Source: a virus
Lineage: Duplodnaviria; Caudoviricetes
Strand: one strand, 5' to 3'
DNA: 64,000 bases
Virus record (IMG/VR): IMGVR_UViG_3300047400_000324
Location: 1 to 64,000 of that record
The notes under the pieces are model-generated. The model was not told the DNA's origin and ran no database searches. It saw nothing but the letters and a program-made list of their open reading frames with translations. The position numbers were made by a program, and so were the translations under genes. Positions 28,349-37,763 of the stretch are shown here, one piece after another; the first letter of the stretch is position 1; each line of letters opens with the position of its first letter.

Positions 28349-30625
28349 TTATATTGTACAAGAATCGCAATTTTCATCATCTTCCAACTCATCTTTATCC
28401 AATTGAATTTCTCCAGCTGAATCGTTTGTGTTGAAATAATATAATTGTTTTCCACCATATTTGTAGAACATAATTATATGTTTTATGAGTTCTGATAACG
28501 GAAGTTCTTCATTTTCATAAAATTTTGGATTGTAACTTGTATTTACAGATATTCCCTGATCGATAAATTTTTGAAGAACCGCACAGATTTTCAAATATCC
28601 TTCAGGACTTTTTTGATCCCACAATAAATCATATTTATTTTTCAATCTACGAACACCAGGAACAACTTGTTTTAAAACACCATCTTTAGAAGTTTTAATA
28701 GACACAAGCGCTCTAGGCGGTTCGATTCCATTTGTGCTGTTGCTTACCTGGGCGCTGGTCTCAGCCGGCATCAATGCCATCAAAGTAGAATTACGAATAC
28801 CAAATTGTTTTGCTATCGATTTTAAATTATCCCAATCCATATAATAAATTGGATCTACCAATTCATCTACCTCTTTCTTATATGTATCTATAGGCATAAT
28901 TCCCATAGAATATTTCGTCTGATTCGACAAATTGCAAGCTTCTTTTTCAGAAGCAAGATCGACAGATGCTTTAATAAGATAATAAGACCATGCCTCTGCA
29001 TATTCGTGAATTTTTTGCAAGCCTTCTTTTGTAATATTTTGATATGTCAAATCATTTTTAGCCAACCAATAAGCCAAATTGATTATACCTATACCAAGCG
29101 GTCTTCTATTATAAGTGCTTAATTGCGCCGCTACTATTGGATAATTTTGATAATCCAATAATTCATCCAAAGCTCTTACAGATAAATTGCACAAACGTTC
29201 AAAATCTTTTGGATGTTTAATTTTGCCCCAATTTATTGCTGAAAGCGTGCATAGGCTTATTTCGCCTGATGGATCGAATAAACTATTCAATGGTTTCGTG
29301 GGCAAATCCACTTCCTGGCAAAGATTCGATTGACGAATAGGTGCAATATCTTTAATAAATGAACCATGATCATTTGCATGATCTACATTTTGCAAATAAA
29401 TTCTTCCAGTATCTTTTCTTTCTTGTATAAAAATAGAAAACAAATCGATGGCAGGAACAGACTTCTTTTTTATATTAACATCATTTTCATATTTTGTATA
29501 CAATTCTCTAAATTTATCTACATCGATAAAAAATGATTCATATAAATCAGGAACGTCGTGAGGGCAAAACAGTGTAATATTTCCATTGGATAACAACCGT
29601 TCATACATAACTTTATTGAATTGAATTGAATAATCCATATTTCTAACACGTGTTTCATCAGTGCCCTTATTGTTCTTAAGCACCAACAAATCTTCTATTT
29701 CTGCATGCCAAAACACTGTATGAATTGTTGCAGATCCGCCTCTAACTCCTCCTTGAGAACAACTTTTAGTTGCAGATTGAAACAGTTTATAGTATGGAAT
29801 ATTTCCTTCGGATGTAGCATCGCCCTTTCTAACTTGAGAACCAACCGCTCTAATAGAACCAGCGCCAATTCCAATACCAGCTTTTTGACTTACATATTTG
29901 ATAATAGAACTAGAAGCTGCTATAATTGAATCCAGAGAATCGCCGGCTTCAATTAAAACGCATGAAGAAAATTGACGTTGTGGTGTCCTCAATCCTGCCA
30001 TAATAGGAGTAGGTAATGATATTTCAAAATTGGAAATAGCATCATAAAAGTCTTTGACATATTTGAGTCTAATTTCTTTGGAATATCGTTGAAACAAAGT
30101 CATAGCTATAAGCATGAAAGCCATTTGCGGCGTTTCATAATATTTTTTTGTGGCACGATTTTTTACAAGATATTTTCCACGAAATTGTTCCATTCCTGCA
30201 TATGCAATATTGTAATCACGTGAATGATCTATTTGTTTATTCAACCAATCTATATCGTTTTTATCATAATTTTTAAGAATACTATTATCGTAATATCCTT
30301 CATTTACGACATTTTCTATATGATTATAAAGATCGATTGGTTCTTGTGAATTATAAATTTCTTTTCGAAGATTTGCATTGATCAATCTAGAAGCAACATA
30401 TTGATAATTGGGCGTATCTTCGCTTATCAATTCGGCAGAAGCCTTGATTAAAGTTTCATGTATATCTTTTGTTTTGATTTTATCATAAAATTGAACATTG
30501 GATTTCAATTCAATAAGACTTTCAGAAACTCCTGTAAACCCTTCGCATGCCCATGAAGTGACTTTATGAAACTTATAAAGATCAAGAGGTTCAATTTTTC
30601 CATTACGTTTTGTTACATTTATCAT
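28349..30625 (-). CDS. nrdA: Ribonucleotide reductase class Ia alpha with ATP cone
   Basis: VTKRNG cone, SSCVL, SNLCQE, LCTLSA, MPAETS, LYYF. Confidence 0.97.
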   Translation of the reverse strand: MINVTKRNGKIEPLDLYKFHKVTSWACEGFTGVSESLIELKSNVQFYDKIKTKDIHETLIKASAELISEDTPNYQYVASRLINANLRKEIYNSQEPIDLYNHIENVVNEGYYDNSILKNYDKNDIDWLNKQIDHSRDYNIAYAGMEQFRGKYLVKNRATKKYYETPQMAFMLIAMTLFQRYSKEIRLKYVKDFYDAISNFEISLPTPIMAGLRTPQRQFSSCVLIEAGDSLDSIIAASSSIIKYVSQKAGIGIGAGSIRAVGSQVRKGDATSEGNIPYYKLFQSATKSCSQGGVRGGSATIHTVFWHAEIEDLLVLKNNKGTDETRVRNMDYSIQFNKVMYERLLSNGNITLFCPHDVPDLYESFFIDVDKFRELYTKYENDVNIKKKSVPAIDLFSIFIQERKDTGRIYLQNVDHANDHGSFIKDIAPIRQSNLCQEVDLPTKPLNSLFDPSGEISLCTLSAINWGKIKHPKDFERLCNLSVRALDELLDYQNYPIVAAQLSTYNRRPLGIGIINLAYWLAKNDLTYQNITKEGLQKIHEYAEAWSYYLIKASVDLASEKEACNLSNQTKYSMGIMPIDTYKKEVDELVDPIYYMDWDNLKSIAKQFGIRNSTLMALMPAETSAQVSNSTNGIEPPRALVSIKTSKDGVLKQVVPGVRRLKNKYDLLWDQKSPEGYLKICAVLQKFIDQGISVNTSYNPKFYENEELPLSELIKHIIMFYKYGGKQLYYFNTNDSAGEIQLDKDELEDDENCDSCTI

Positions 30626-30843
30626 TTTTGATCTTTCTTATTTCTTTATATGTGTATTCGAAGAATTGTCAAGAAAAAAATCGATTATATCTATAGCTAA
30701 GCTGACTATATTTGCATATTCAAATTTTTTATCGGCAGTCAATTTATCTTCAAGTAGTTTCATTCTCTCAATATGTTTGTTTATAGTATTTGAGTTCATT
30801 AGTTCTACTCCAAACTAAATTGAGTAGAACTATTTAATATTAC

Positions 30844-31521
30844 TTAATTCGCAAAAACATCTTTGAGAAATGAAAAATTGTTTGAAAGTTGAGAAGCTGC
30901 GCTTACAGCAACTTCCCGATGTTCTTTTTGTGTTGATTTATCGCATCTGAGCATACAATAGTGAATCCAGCTTCTTAGAGATCCATTCATATACATTCTC
31001 GATAAAGTCAAACCTTCTGGCAAAACAGTTCTTGCTTGTTCTTTAGCTATACCATTGGATATAGCCCATGCATATGCCTTTTTAGATACATTGATAGCAT
31101 CCGTTTGAATTGCATTCCAATTCAATTGCAATTCTTTATCGTCTGTATCAAAACTGTTTTGCCGATTTTTTACATCCTGCAATCTAGCTTCTCGTAAAGT
31201 AAATCCAAGATCGTTTACTGGATCTGCATATCTTTGACTGAATTCCTGAAAACTAAAACTGCGATGTCGCAAAATCTGCCGAGCAATATCTCTAGTAGTA
31301 TTAATTTCCATAACAACATTGACCATTTCGAAAATCGACCAATGATTGTTTTTAATACAATATTTCAAAAGCTTATCGGACGTTTGAGTATTCATTTGAT
31401 TTGAAGGATTTGAAACCCTAGCACAATACGCAATAAAATCATTTGCATTCATTTGCTTATTTGTTATAGGGTCTACAATCAAAGGTTGGCTGATAGATAT
31501 AATTTTAGCCATATTATTCAT
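30844..31521 (-). CDS. thyX: Flavin-dependent thymidylate synthase
   Basis: HWSIFE, RQILRHRSFSFQEFSQRY, TQKEHR. Confidence 0.96.
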   Translation of the reverse strand: MNNMAKIISISQPLIVDPITNKQMNANDFIAYCARVSNPSNQMNTQTSDKLLKYCIKNNHWSIFEMVNVVMEINTTRDIARQILRHRSFSFQEFSQRYADPVNDLGFTLREARLQDVKNRQNSFDTDDKELQLNWNAIQTDAINVSKKAYAWAISNGIAKEQARTVLPEGLTLSRMYMNGSLRSWIHYCMLRCDKSTQKEHREVAVSAASQLSNNFSFLKDVFAN

Positions 31522-31741
31522 TGTTGATATCTTTATCCTTCAAAATATCCAAATGATTTCCAATAGAATCATTGAAAGGAAGAACATATCCAATCGCTCT
31601 TAGAAAATCGGTATATTCTTCTAGTGCTTGAATCCAAGTAATTCCATTATCCGATTTTAGAGAACCAAAAGATACCGATACATTCCGGTTATTTTCATAT
31701 TCATCATCAAGGCCTTGATACTCGTAAAGGTGCATTCCCAT
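31514..31741 (-). CDS. Hypothetical protein
   Basis: Co-oriented small ORF. Confidence 0.55.
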   Translation of the reverse strand: MGMHLYEYQGLDDEYENNRNVSVSFGSLKSDNGITWIQALEEYTDFLRAIGYVLPFNDSIGNHLDILKDKDINNE

Positions 31742-31744
31742 AAT

Positions 31745-31978
31745 TTATTTCTCCTTCTTTATATGATTGTATTTTTTTTCAGCACGCTCTGCTGATTCTA
31801 TCAATGTTTGCCGAAGACCTATTTCACAAAAAATCTTTACAGCATCTGGACTCATTTTGAATTTAATCAAAGCATCTCCAGATTCCAATTCTTCGATATC
31901 TTCAACTTCTATCGATAAATCTTCTAATGTAATTTTATCATGATAACTCATTCCGTTTTCTCCTGTTGTCAAATTCAC
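31745..31978 (-). CDS. Hypothetical protein
   Basis: Co-oriented small ORF. Confidence 0.55.
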   Translation of the reverse strand: MNLTTGENGMSYHDKITLEDLSIEVEDIEELESGDALIKFKMSPDAVKIFCEIGLRQTLIESAERAEKKYNHIKKEK

Positions 31979-32156
31979 TGCAAAATAGTTTCAATAGATT
32001 CGAATTTCTAGAATATTCTTGTGTCATACTTATAAAGAATCCTCCATTGTCTCTATCGTCATCGTCTGCACCGTGTCTACCTTCCAACACAGCATAAAGA
32101 TATTCTTGGTCTTTCAACTTCATTGTATTGTTTTTATTTTTTCTAATCATCATCAT
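31938..32156 (-). CDS. Hypothetical protein
   Basis: Co-oriented small ORF. Confidence 0.5.
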   Translation of the reverse strand: MMMIRKNKNNTMKLKDQEYLYAVLEGRHGADDDDRDNGGFFISMTQEYSRNSNLLKLFCSEFDNRRKRNELS

Positions 32157-32160
32157 TCTC

Positions 32161-33189
32161 CTATGCTTTACTCCAATTATTCAATTCGAATTTAGCCTTT
32201 AGATCACGATATGTATGAGTATCGATAACATATTTAATGAAGTCAGAACTCAATCCAGACAATATCATATCGTTTACGTCCTTCGACATCATATTCGATG
32301 GCCATATACACACATTATAACCATTCATTATAGCTTTGTCAATCTTTTTTCTTGTGTCTATCGATCTAGGTTCATTGTCATACACTATTACTAAATTTTC
32401 TTTAGGAAAATCGGAAATTGCTGATATCAAATCGCCACCAGCAGTAGCAATAGAATTAGGAATAAACATCGAATCGATTGGACCTTCGAAAACATAAGTT
32501 TTCTTTTTAAGATCGACTTTATCCAAACCATAAATCTTCGGTATTTCATCATCATAAACAATTGTTATATAACGCATGTTATCTGTTTTAGATAAAGCCC
32601 TACCTTGAAATGCATGCAATTTATCGTTATTGATAAATGGAATTATCAATCTCGGTTCGTCTCTTTCAATAGAGTTTTCTGAAAATTTATTCGGAATAAA
32701 GGAATTTACCCATGTAAAAAACTTTGGACAATAAAAAAGCTTTGCATGATACAGATTAGGTATCTTTCTACTCTCTATAAATATTTTGCATGTATGATTG
32801 TATTTAAGCTGGCTTATCTTTTTGAGGTTAGATAGAGGACCAGTCTTTACGTAAAGAGGAACTTTCAGTTTAGCAATCAAATCTTCTAAACCAGATTCAA
32901 TGCGTTTTTCTTTACCTTGTTCTTTCAACTTCTCTAAGACATATTCATGATGAAGCGATTGATCGATTTTATATAAAAATTTATCGAATGTATTGGTAAT
33001 ACCACAATTATGGCAATGATATATTGTATTGCCTTTTTTCTCGTAAATATAACCTCTTGCTTTATTTTTATTCGTTGCAGAATCACCACACAAAGGACAA
33101 GAAAAGTTGAATAGTGTTCCACTTTTTCTTTTATAATTGTTGAATCTATTTGAAACTAAATTAATATATTTCTGATCTATCCAATTCAT
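32161..33189 (-). CDS. gp61: DNA primase gp61
   Basis: CPLCGDS..NK.KARG, CHNCG, FEGPIDS.F, YDNEPR, KDVNDM. Confidence 0.96.
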   Translation of the reverse strand: MNWIDQKYINLVSNRFNNYKRKSGTLFNFSCPLCGDSATNKNKARGYIYEKKGNTIYHCHNCGITNTFDKFLYKIDQSLHHEYVLEKLKEQGKEKRIESGLEDLIAKLKVPLYVKTGPLSNLKKISQLKYNHTCKIFIESRKIPNLYHAKLFYCPKFFTWVNSFIPNKFSENSIERDEPRLIIPFINNDKLHAFQGRALSKTDNMRYITIVYDDEIPKIYGLDKVDLKKKTYVFEGPIDSMFIPNSIATAGGDLISAISDFPKENLVIVYDNEPRSIDTRKKIDKAIMNGYNVCIWPSNMMSKDVNDMILSGLSSDFIKYVIDTHTYRDLKAKFELNNWSKA

Positions 33190-33263
33190 TTATAAACTCA
33201 TATTATTTTTTCATGTCAATACTGATTATACAGTCTTTGGATAAAATGTCAATATATATTTTT

Positions 33264-33614
33264 TTATTTGAAAATTAATTTATTGAGAATTGGATTGCCT
33301 AACCACGAAAATAAAGCCAATGCACCGGCAGCCATCCATATATATTTTTGAAGAACTTCAATTTTTACTTTTACGTTGGAATAATCTTTTTCCATATTGG
33401 AAAATATTTTTTCAAAATAATCTTTCAAGTCTTTAAATTTTGCATCTACTTCATCGCGTCTTTTTTCTAAGGATGCACTAAGAGTGTCCGCCGCCTTTTC
33501 TTGAGTATCTAAACGTTGTTCATGGACTGCTAACATTTTAGACAAATCGGCAGAAACTGTTGCCAATCTTTGTATGGCATCGTCTATTTTATAAAATCTA
33601 GATTCCTCGTCCAT
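33264..33614 (-). CDS. Coiled-coil protein with C-terminal hydrophobic segment
   Basis: LAVHEQRL..QE; KYIWMAAGALALFSW. Confidence 0.7.
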   Translation of the reverse strand: MDEESRFYKIDDAIQRLATVSADLSKMLAVHEQRLDTQEKAADTLSASLEKRRDEVDAKFKDLKDYFEKIFSNMEKDYSNVKVKIEVLQKYIWMAAGALALFSWLGNPILNKLIFK

Positions 33615-33621
33615 TTTTTTT

Positions 33622-33801
33622 TTATCCTGTCGGCATTTTTCTTTTTAATGGAAACAATTTTCTAAGCTTTGATTTTTCTTTTGTTGGTTGTTTCAATAAA
33701 GGATCATATGTATCTATGGGACCAGAACCAGCTGTAGAACTAGAAGTGCCCATACCATTCATAGATCCAACAGATTCGGTTTCTTCTATTTTTTCAGCCA
33801 T
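33622..33801 (-). CDS. Small hypothetical protein (59 aa, absent from ORF track)
   Basis: MAEKIEETESVGSM...DPLL; SD AGGA. Confidence 0.6.
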   Translation of the reverse strand: MAEKIEETESVGSMNGMGTSSSTAGSGPIDTYDPLLKQPTKEKSKLRKLFPLKRKMPTG

Positions 33802-34186
33802 TGTTTATTTTCCTTAAAGCATTTATTATTCCTTGATCCATCATTATATCGTCTGTATATATTGTATCGTATTTTCCGACACAATTTATAGTTTTGGGCA
33901 AAGCATTTATCATCAATAAAAATGGTTTTATATAATGAAAATGATTTTCAAATTTAAGATACAATATTTTAGCTAAATTTATTCCAAAACAATTATGCAG
34001 TGTAATGATATGATTCAATATCAATCTTTCTTTCAATTCACCGCCTTCTTCATATCTAGTCAATAATTTTTTTATATACTTGATTCTATTCAAGTCTTCC
34101 ATAAATTCTTCGGTAGATGCAATAGTTATATTATCATATATTTTCGCACAAAAAATAATATAATTTTCTTCAGTAAGTTTATCCAT
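33794..34186 (-). CDS. Conserved T4-like hypothetical protein
   Basis: EF.EDL.RIKYIKKLL.RY...GEL.ERLILNH. Confidence 0.8.
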   Translation of the reverse strand: MDKLTEENYIIFCAKIYDNITIASTEEFMEDLNRIKYIKKLLTRYEEGGELKERLILNHIITLHNCFGINLAKILYLKFENHFHYIKPFLLMINALPKTINCVGKYDTIYTDDIMMDQGIINALRKINNG

Positions 34187-34188
34187 AC

Positions 34189-34449
34189 TTACCAGGCAAG
34201 ATTAAGACTGACCTTACCCCATGTGTTGTTCGATACGCAAACATAAAAACTTGTATTGTCATAAGCAATTTGACCAGCAATTCCGTTTGCATATCTTGAA
34301 ACAGGAGCGGTTGTTATCAATCTATCCAAATACTGTGTTTGTATTGTTTTGAGAACGGGGGTAGTATCCGGAGTAGAAAGAATAACTACCCTATCGTTCG
34401 CTGAATACGTATTTGTGGTCGGTAAGCTCGATATTGTTATTTCAGCCAT
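34189..34449 (-). CDS. Small virion-type protein
   Basis: ITISSLP start and G..GQIAYD....YVCV..NTW motif. Confidence 0.65.
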   Translation of the reverse strand: MAEITISSLPTTNTYSANDRVVILSTPDTTPVLKTIQTQYLDRLITTAPVSRYANGIAGQIAYDNTSFYVCVSNNTWGKVSLNLAW

Positions 34450-34466
34450 AATATATTTTCTTTAAA

Positions 34467-35216
34467 TTATACGCCAGGGAATTTGGTATTGTCTGTAGAA
34501 GCATCGTTAGCAATAGCAGGTGTTCCATAAGCAGCAGTTTGAGCACCAAGAGAACCAAATGCTACGAGAGTTTCATAATGAACTCTGCCAGCTCTACCAC
34601 CAGCCGTTGCTGTAAAATACGTTACTGTTGCATTTCCAGAAGCAGTACCACCGGTAGAATTTGTTATAGATATATTAGATGTTGGAATTGTTACGTTTGT
34701 AAATCCTGCGCCTTTATTTGCAATTGTAAATTGCAAATTTCCACCAGTTGCGTTAGTTGTAAATGTAATTGAAGCATTTCCGCCGGCTTGCTGGGAAGTT
34801 ACAACGATAACATCTGTATTATTATAAGCTGTTTGCGTTCCACCATTGGTAGTAAAACTGATAATAGAACCAGTTCCTGCTTTTCTTAAATTCCAACCAG
34901 CATGCTGCGGCATTTCTGTAGAATTATTTAAAATATTATTTGCCATTTCTGTTGCAGAAACACCAAATATTCCTACTGTCTGATTTGTTGTAAATGCGCC
35001 CGGTGTTGTATTATTGAACATATTGACATCAACAGAAGCTCTGGAACCTGGAGAAGTATTTCCAAAATGAGCATTCGAACCCATCGAAATTGGTGAAGTT
35101 CCATTTCCAGAACCCTTGACCAAAGCAAAAGTACCCAGAGGTGCACCAGTTGTAGATTCACGTGTAGTGGTTGAATTGGCTGTTACCGCTTGGTCATTTC
35201 TACCGAAAAGTGACAT
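34467..35216 (-). CDS. Virion structural protein (G/T/N/A-rich)
   Basis: MSLFG..D start, HAGW, GR...ETLVA. Confidence 0.75.
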   Translation of the reverse strand: MSLFGRNDQAVTANSTTTRESTTGAPLGTFALVKGSGNGTSPISMGSNAHFGNTSPGSRASVDVNMFNNTTPGAFTTNQTVGIFGVSATEMANNILNNSTEMPQHAGWNLRKAGTGSIISFTTNGGTQTAYNNTDVIVVTSQQAGGNASITFTTNATGGNLQFTIANKGAGFTNVTIPTSNISITNSTGGTASGNATVTYFTATAGGRAGRVHYETLVAFGSLGAQTAAYGTPAIANDASTDNTKFPGV

Positions 35217-35263
35217 TTGTATACTCCTAAGTTATTTTTTATATATTTATTATAATCGTATTT

Positions 35264-35437
35264 TCAATCGGAAATGGTATAATCCGAAGTATTTTTATTA
35301 GGTGAAAAGCCACTTTGATCTTGGTTTGGACCGCGAATGGGAGCAGAAACCACGGTTGGTGGTTCCGGCTCCCGTTTTCTTTTATTATTTTTTGACTTTT
35401 CTTTGGATTCATGAATCCATTGACAAAAATTTATCAT
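35264..35437 (-). CDS. Small head-associated protein (57 aa, absent from ORF track)
   Basis: MINFCQWIHE start; ATGA overlap. Confidence 0.6.
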   Translation of the reverse strand: MINFCQWIHESKEKSKNNKRKREPEPPTVVSAPIRGPNQDQSGFSPNKNTSDYTISD

Positions 35438-36441
35438 GCAGCTGGTTCTGTTGGTGTAGAATATTTTGCCATTATTTCTGCATGTCTTCTTTTTGCTTCA
35501 ATTGCTGCTTTTTCTGCATCGGCATGTGCTTTATCTATATCATATCCAGACTTTTTCAACGCCGTTGACATTCTTTGCTGTGGTGTCTTGCCAGATTTCA
35601 ATGGTTGTTTAAAAAATCTTGAAGTTTCCGATACTTCGGTTTCTTCATTGCGTTGTTTTGCATAATATGCTGCAATAGCTTGTTTAGTGCGTTCTTCTTT
35701 TGTCTTACCAGCAAATTTTGGATTCTTAGATTTAACAAAATCATGAATCCATTCCCCAGCTGAAGATGATTTAGTCAAAACTTCATCTACCTGTTCGACT
35801 TCTTCTTTTACAGAATCGCATACACAAGGCGATTCTCCGCACTTCGGACACTTCTTCGATTTATCTTTCTTTTTCTTATCATCCTTTGAATCTTTATCGT
35901 TATCGCCATCATTTACAGCATCGTCTGTTGTGGGATTCAATTCTACTTCCGTCGTTCCACCTTCCAATTCATCAGACGATTTCTTTAAATCTTTCTTTTC
36001 CATAATAGATTTAGCAGCAGCAACAAGACTTGCCGATAAACCAAAATTTGTTGTCAATGCCATTGCTTTATCCTCATCGATGATTTTTGTTTTTATTTGA
36101 GCTTGTTTAGACAATTTACTGGATTGAGTAGGTTTTGGATCGTTGGGTCTTCCAACATTTTCAATCTTTTCCCTTTTCTCTGAATTAGTTTCTTCTTGTG
36201 CCAATTTCAGTGTTTCCTTACTTCTTTTATTCGATTTTTTCGTTCTTTTTTCTATTTCTTGTTCTCTATTTTTTTCGTTTTCTTTATTTCTCTTTACTAT
36301 ATATTCTTCTTGATCTCTATTTCTTTTAGCACCAACAGAAATACCTGAAGAAGGATCATGGCTGCTCATCGATTTTCGTCCTGAGCTGGAGCGATGTCCT
36401 TCTATATGATTCTGAGATACAATTTCACTTAAAGATTTCAC
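35434..36441 (-). CDS. Charged low-complexity head/internal protein (probable GTG start)
   Basis: GTGA overlap with dps stop; many (L/V/I)xE sites. Confidence 0.7.
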   Translation of the reverse strand: MKSLSEIVSQNHIEGHRSSSGRKSMSSHDPSSGISVGAKRNRDQEEYIVKRNKENEKNREQEIEKRTKKSNKRSKETLKLAQEETNSEKREKIENVGRPNDPKPTQSSKLSKQAQIKTKIIDEDKAMALTTNFGLSASLVAAAKSIMEKKDLKKSSDELEGGTTEVELNPTTDDAVNDGDNDKDSKDDKKKKDKSKKCPKCGESPCVCDSVKEEVEQVDEVLTKSSSAGEWIHDFVKSKNPKFAGKTKEERTKQAIAAYYAKQRNEETEVSETSRFFKQPLKSGKTPQQRMSTALKKSGYDIDKAHADAEKAAIEAKRRHAEIMAKYSTPTEPAA

Positions 36442-36872
36442 TTGCTTGTTGCCTTCATCATCCAACCAAGTTTTTCGTGTTTATCCAATCTATCTTGAAT
36501 AAAATTCGATAAACCCATTTTATTAGCAGATTCTGCCAATTTATATGCTTTATTGAGTTCTTCGATCAATATATTGTTGTCCTTTATCAATTCGACAATC
36601 ATAAGTTTTGCTTGCGGTATATTTATTTGATCTTCTATAACCGACAATTCAAGATATCTATTGAGAGAACCTGGAGCATACGAATTCAAAGTTCTTATAC
36701 GTTCAGCTATAGAATCTACTGCATCGAATGCATCGGTATATATTGTTTCAAACAACCCATGATATTGTGGAAAATCGGGTCCTTCTACATTCCAATGGAA
36801 TGCATGTGCTTTAAGATAATAAGAGAAAGTGCTTGCTAATACTACTTTCAATTGTTTTAAAAGATCATTCAT
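36438..36872 (-). CDS. dps: Dps / ferritin-like protein
   Basis: YLKAH.FHWNVEG.DF..YH.LFE..Y....D.IAERIR. Confidence 0.93.
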   Translation of the reverse strand: MNDLLKQLKVVLASTFSYYLKAHAFHWNVEGPDFPQYHGLFETIYTDAFDAVDSIAERIRTLNSYAPGSLNRYLELSVIEDQINIPQAKLMIVELIKDNNILIEELNKAYKLAESANKMGLSNFIQDRLDKHEKLGWMMKATSK

Positions 36873-36892
36873 ATTTTCATACCTTTGTTATA

Positions 36893-37066
36893 TTATTCGC
36901 CTCCACCACCAGAACTACCGCTTTTTCCGGGTGAATGTTTTTCTATTTTACCATTTGCCATTCTTATTGGAACTAACGGTGCGGAAACAGTTTCTCTCTT
37001 TCCTGTAGTTCCTTTGGGAACAGACAATTCCGAGATGAATTCTTTAAAATTTACCAAGCGCGGCAT
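36893..37066 (-). CDS. Small head-associated protein
   Basis: MPRLVNFKEFISE start. Confidence 0.6.
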   Translation of the reverse strand: MPRLVNFKEFISELSVPKGTTGKRETVSAPLVPIRMANGKIEKHSPGKSGSSGGGGE

Positions 37067-37743
37067 GACCAATATCTCGCTTTTGTTTTTGGTCCAGGTG
37101 TTTCGCAATGGTGTCTAGCCCTAAAGCTTTTTCTTCTGGCGGGAATATGTTTCTTGATAGTCATATTAGGATCACCGAAATTTACTTTTTTTATATTTCC
37201 GGTAGATGGATCTCTTACATATACTTTAGATTTTTTTACATCGCCTTTTGTGGGTTTATTCAATGAAACTTCTTTACCGTGATAATCCGCTTCATAAATT
37301 CCCAGCGCTTCTTTTACTATTCGTTTTACTATTTTTGCGGTTGTTTGTCCAGGAGTTTCATTTTTATAAACATTTACCAATGAATCTGTACCGTCCAATC
37401 TTGAATCTGGATCATTCGGATTTATCGATTGTGGTTCCGGTGTTTCACTGGTTTTACGATGTTTGGATGTTTCATGGGGTTTCTTTATAGGGCGCATATC
37501 AGTTTCTTCCGATGCCGATTTGAAATCCGATTCCGTGGGTCTTCCTTTTTCACCAGGTTTACGCATATGTTCTCCAGAACCTCGTTTTATTCTTTCTCTT
37601 TTTGCATGAATATTATCCCATAAACCATGGGTATTTTCCTCTTTCATTCTTTCTTTCATGTAAGCAGTCATGACTCTTGGCAAACCTTTCTCATCTTTCG
37701 GTTTCTTCAATTCATGAGAAAATGGATGTTTAAAATTTTTCAT
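37051..37743 (-). CDS. Basic head-associated protein
   Basis: GLWDNIHAKRERIKRGSGE.MRKPG and KKVNFGDP.M......RRKSFRARH.C motifs. Confidence 0.75.
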   Translation of the reverse strand: MKNFKHPFSHELKKPKDEKGLPRVMTAYMKERMKEENTHGLWDNIHAKRERIKRGSGEHMRKPGEKGRPTESDFKSASEETDMRPIKKPHETSKHRKTSETPEPQSINPNDPDSRLDGTDSLVNVYKNETPGQTTAKIVKRIVKEALGIYEADYHGKEVSLNKPTKGDVKKSKVYVRDPSTGNIKKVNFGDPNMTIKKHIPARRKSFRARHHCETPGPKTKARYWSCRAW

Positions 37744-37763
37744 CGAATTACTTTCTTTTTTTA

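Noticed and set aside
27025-31521. Introns or inteins in nrdA, nrdB, thyX
   Set aside because: Uninterrupted ORFs of normal length; same for gp43, uvsX, uvsW
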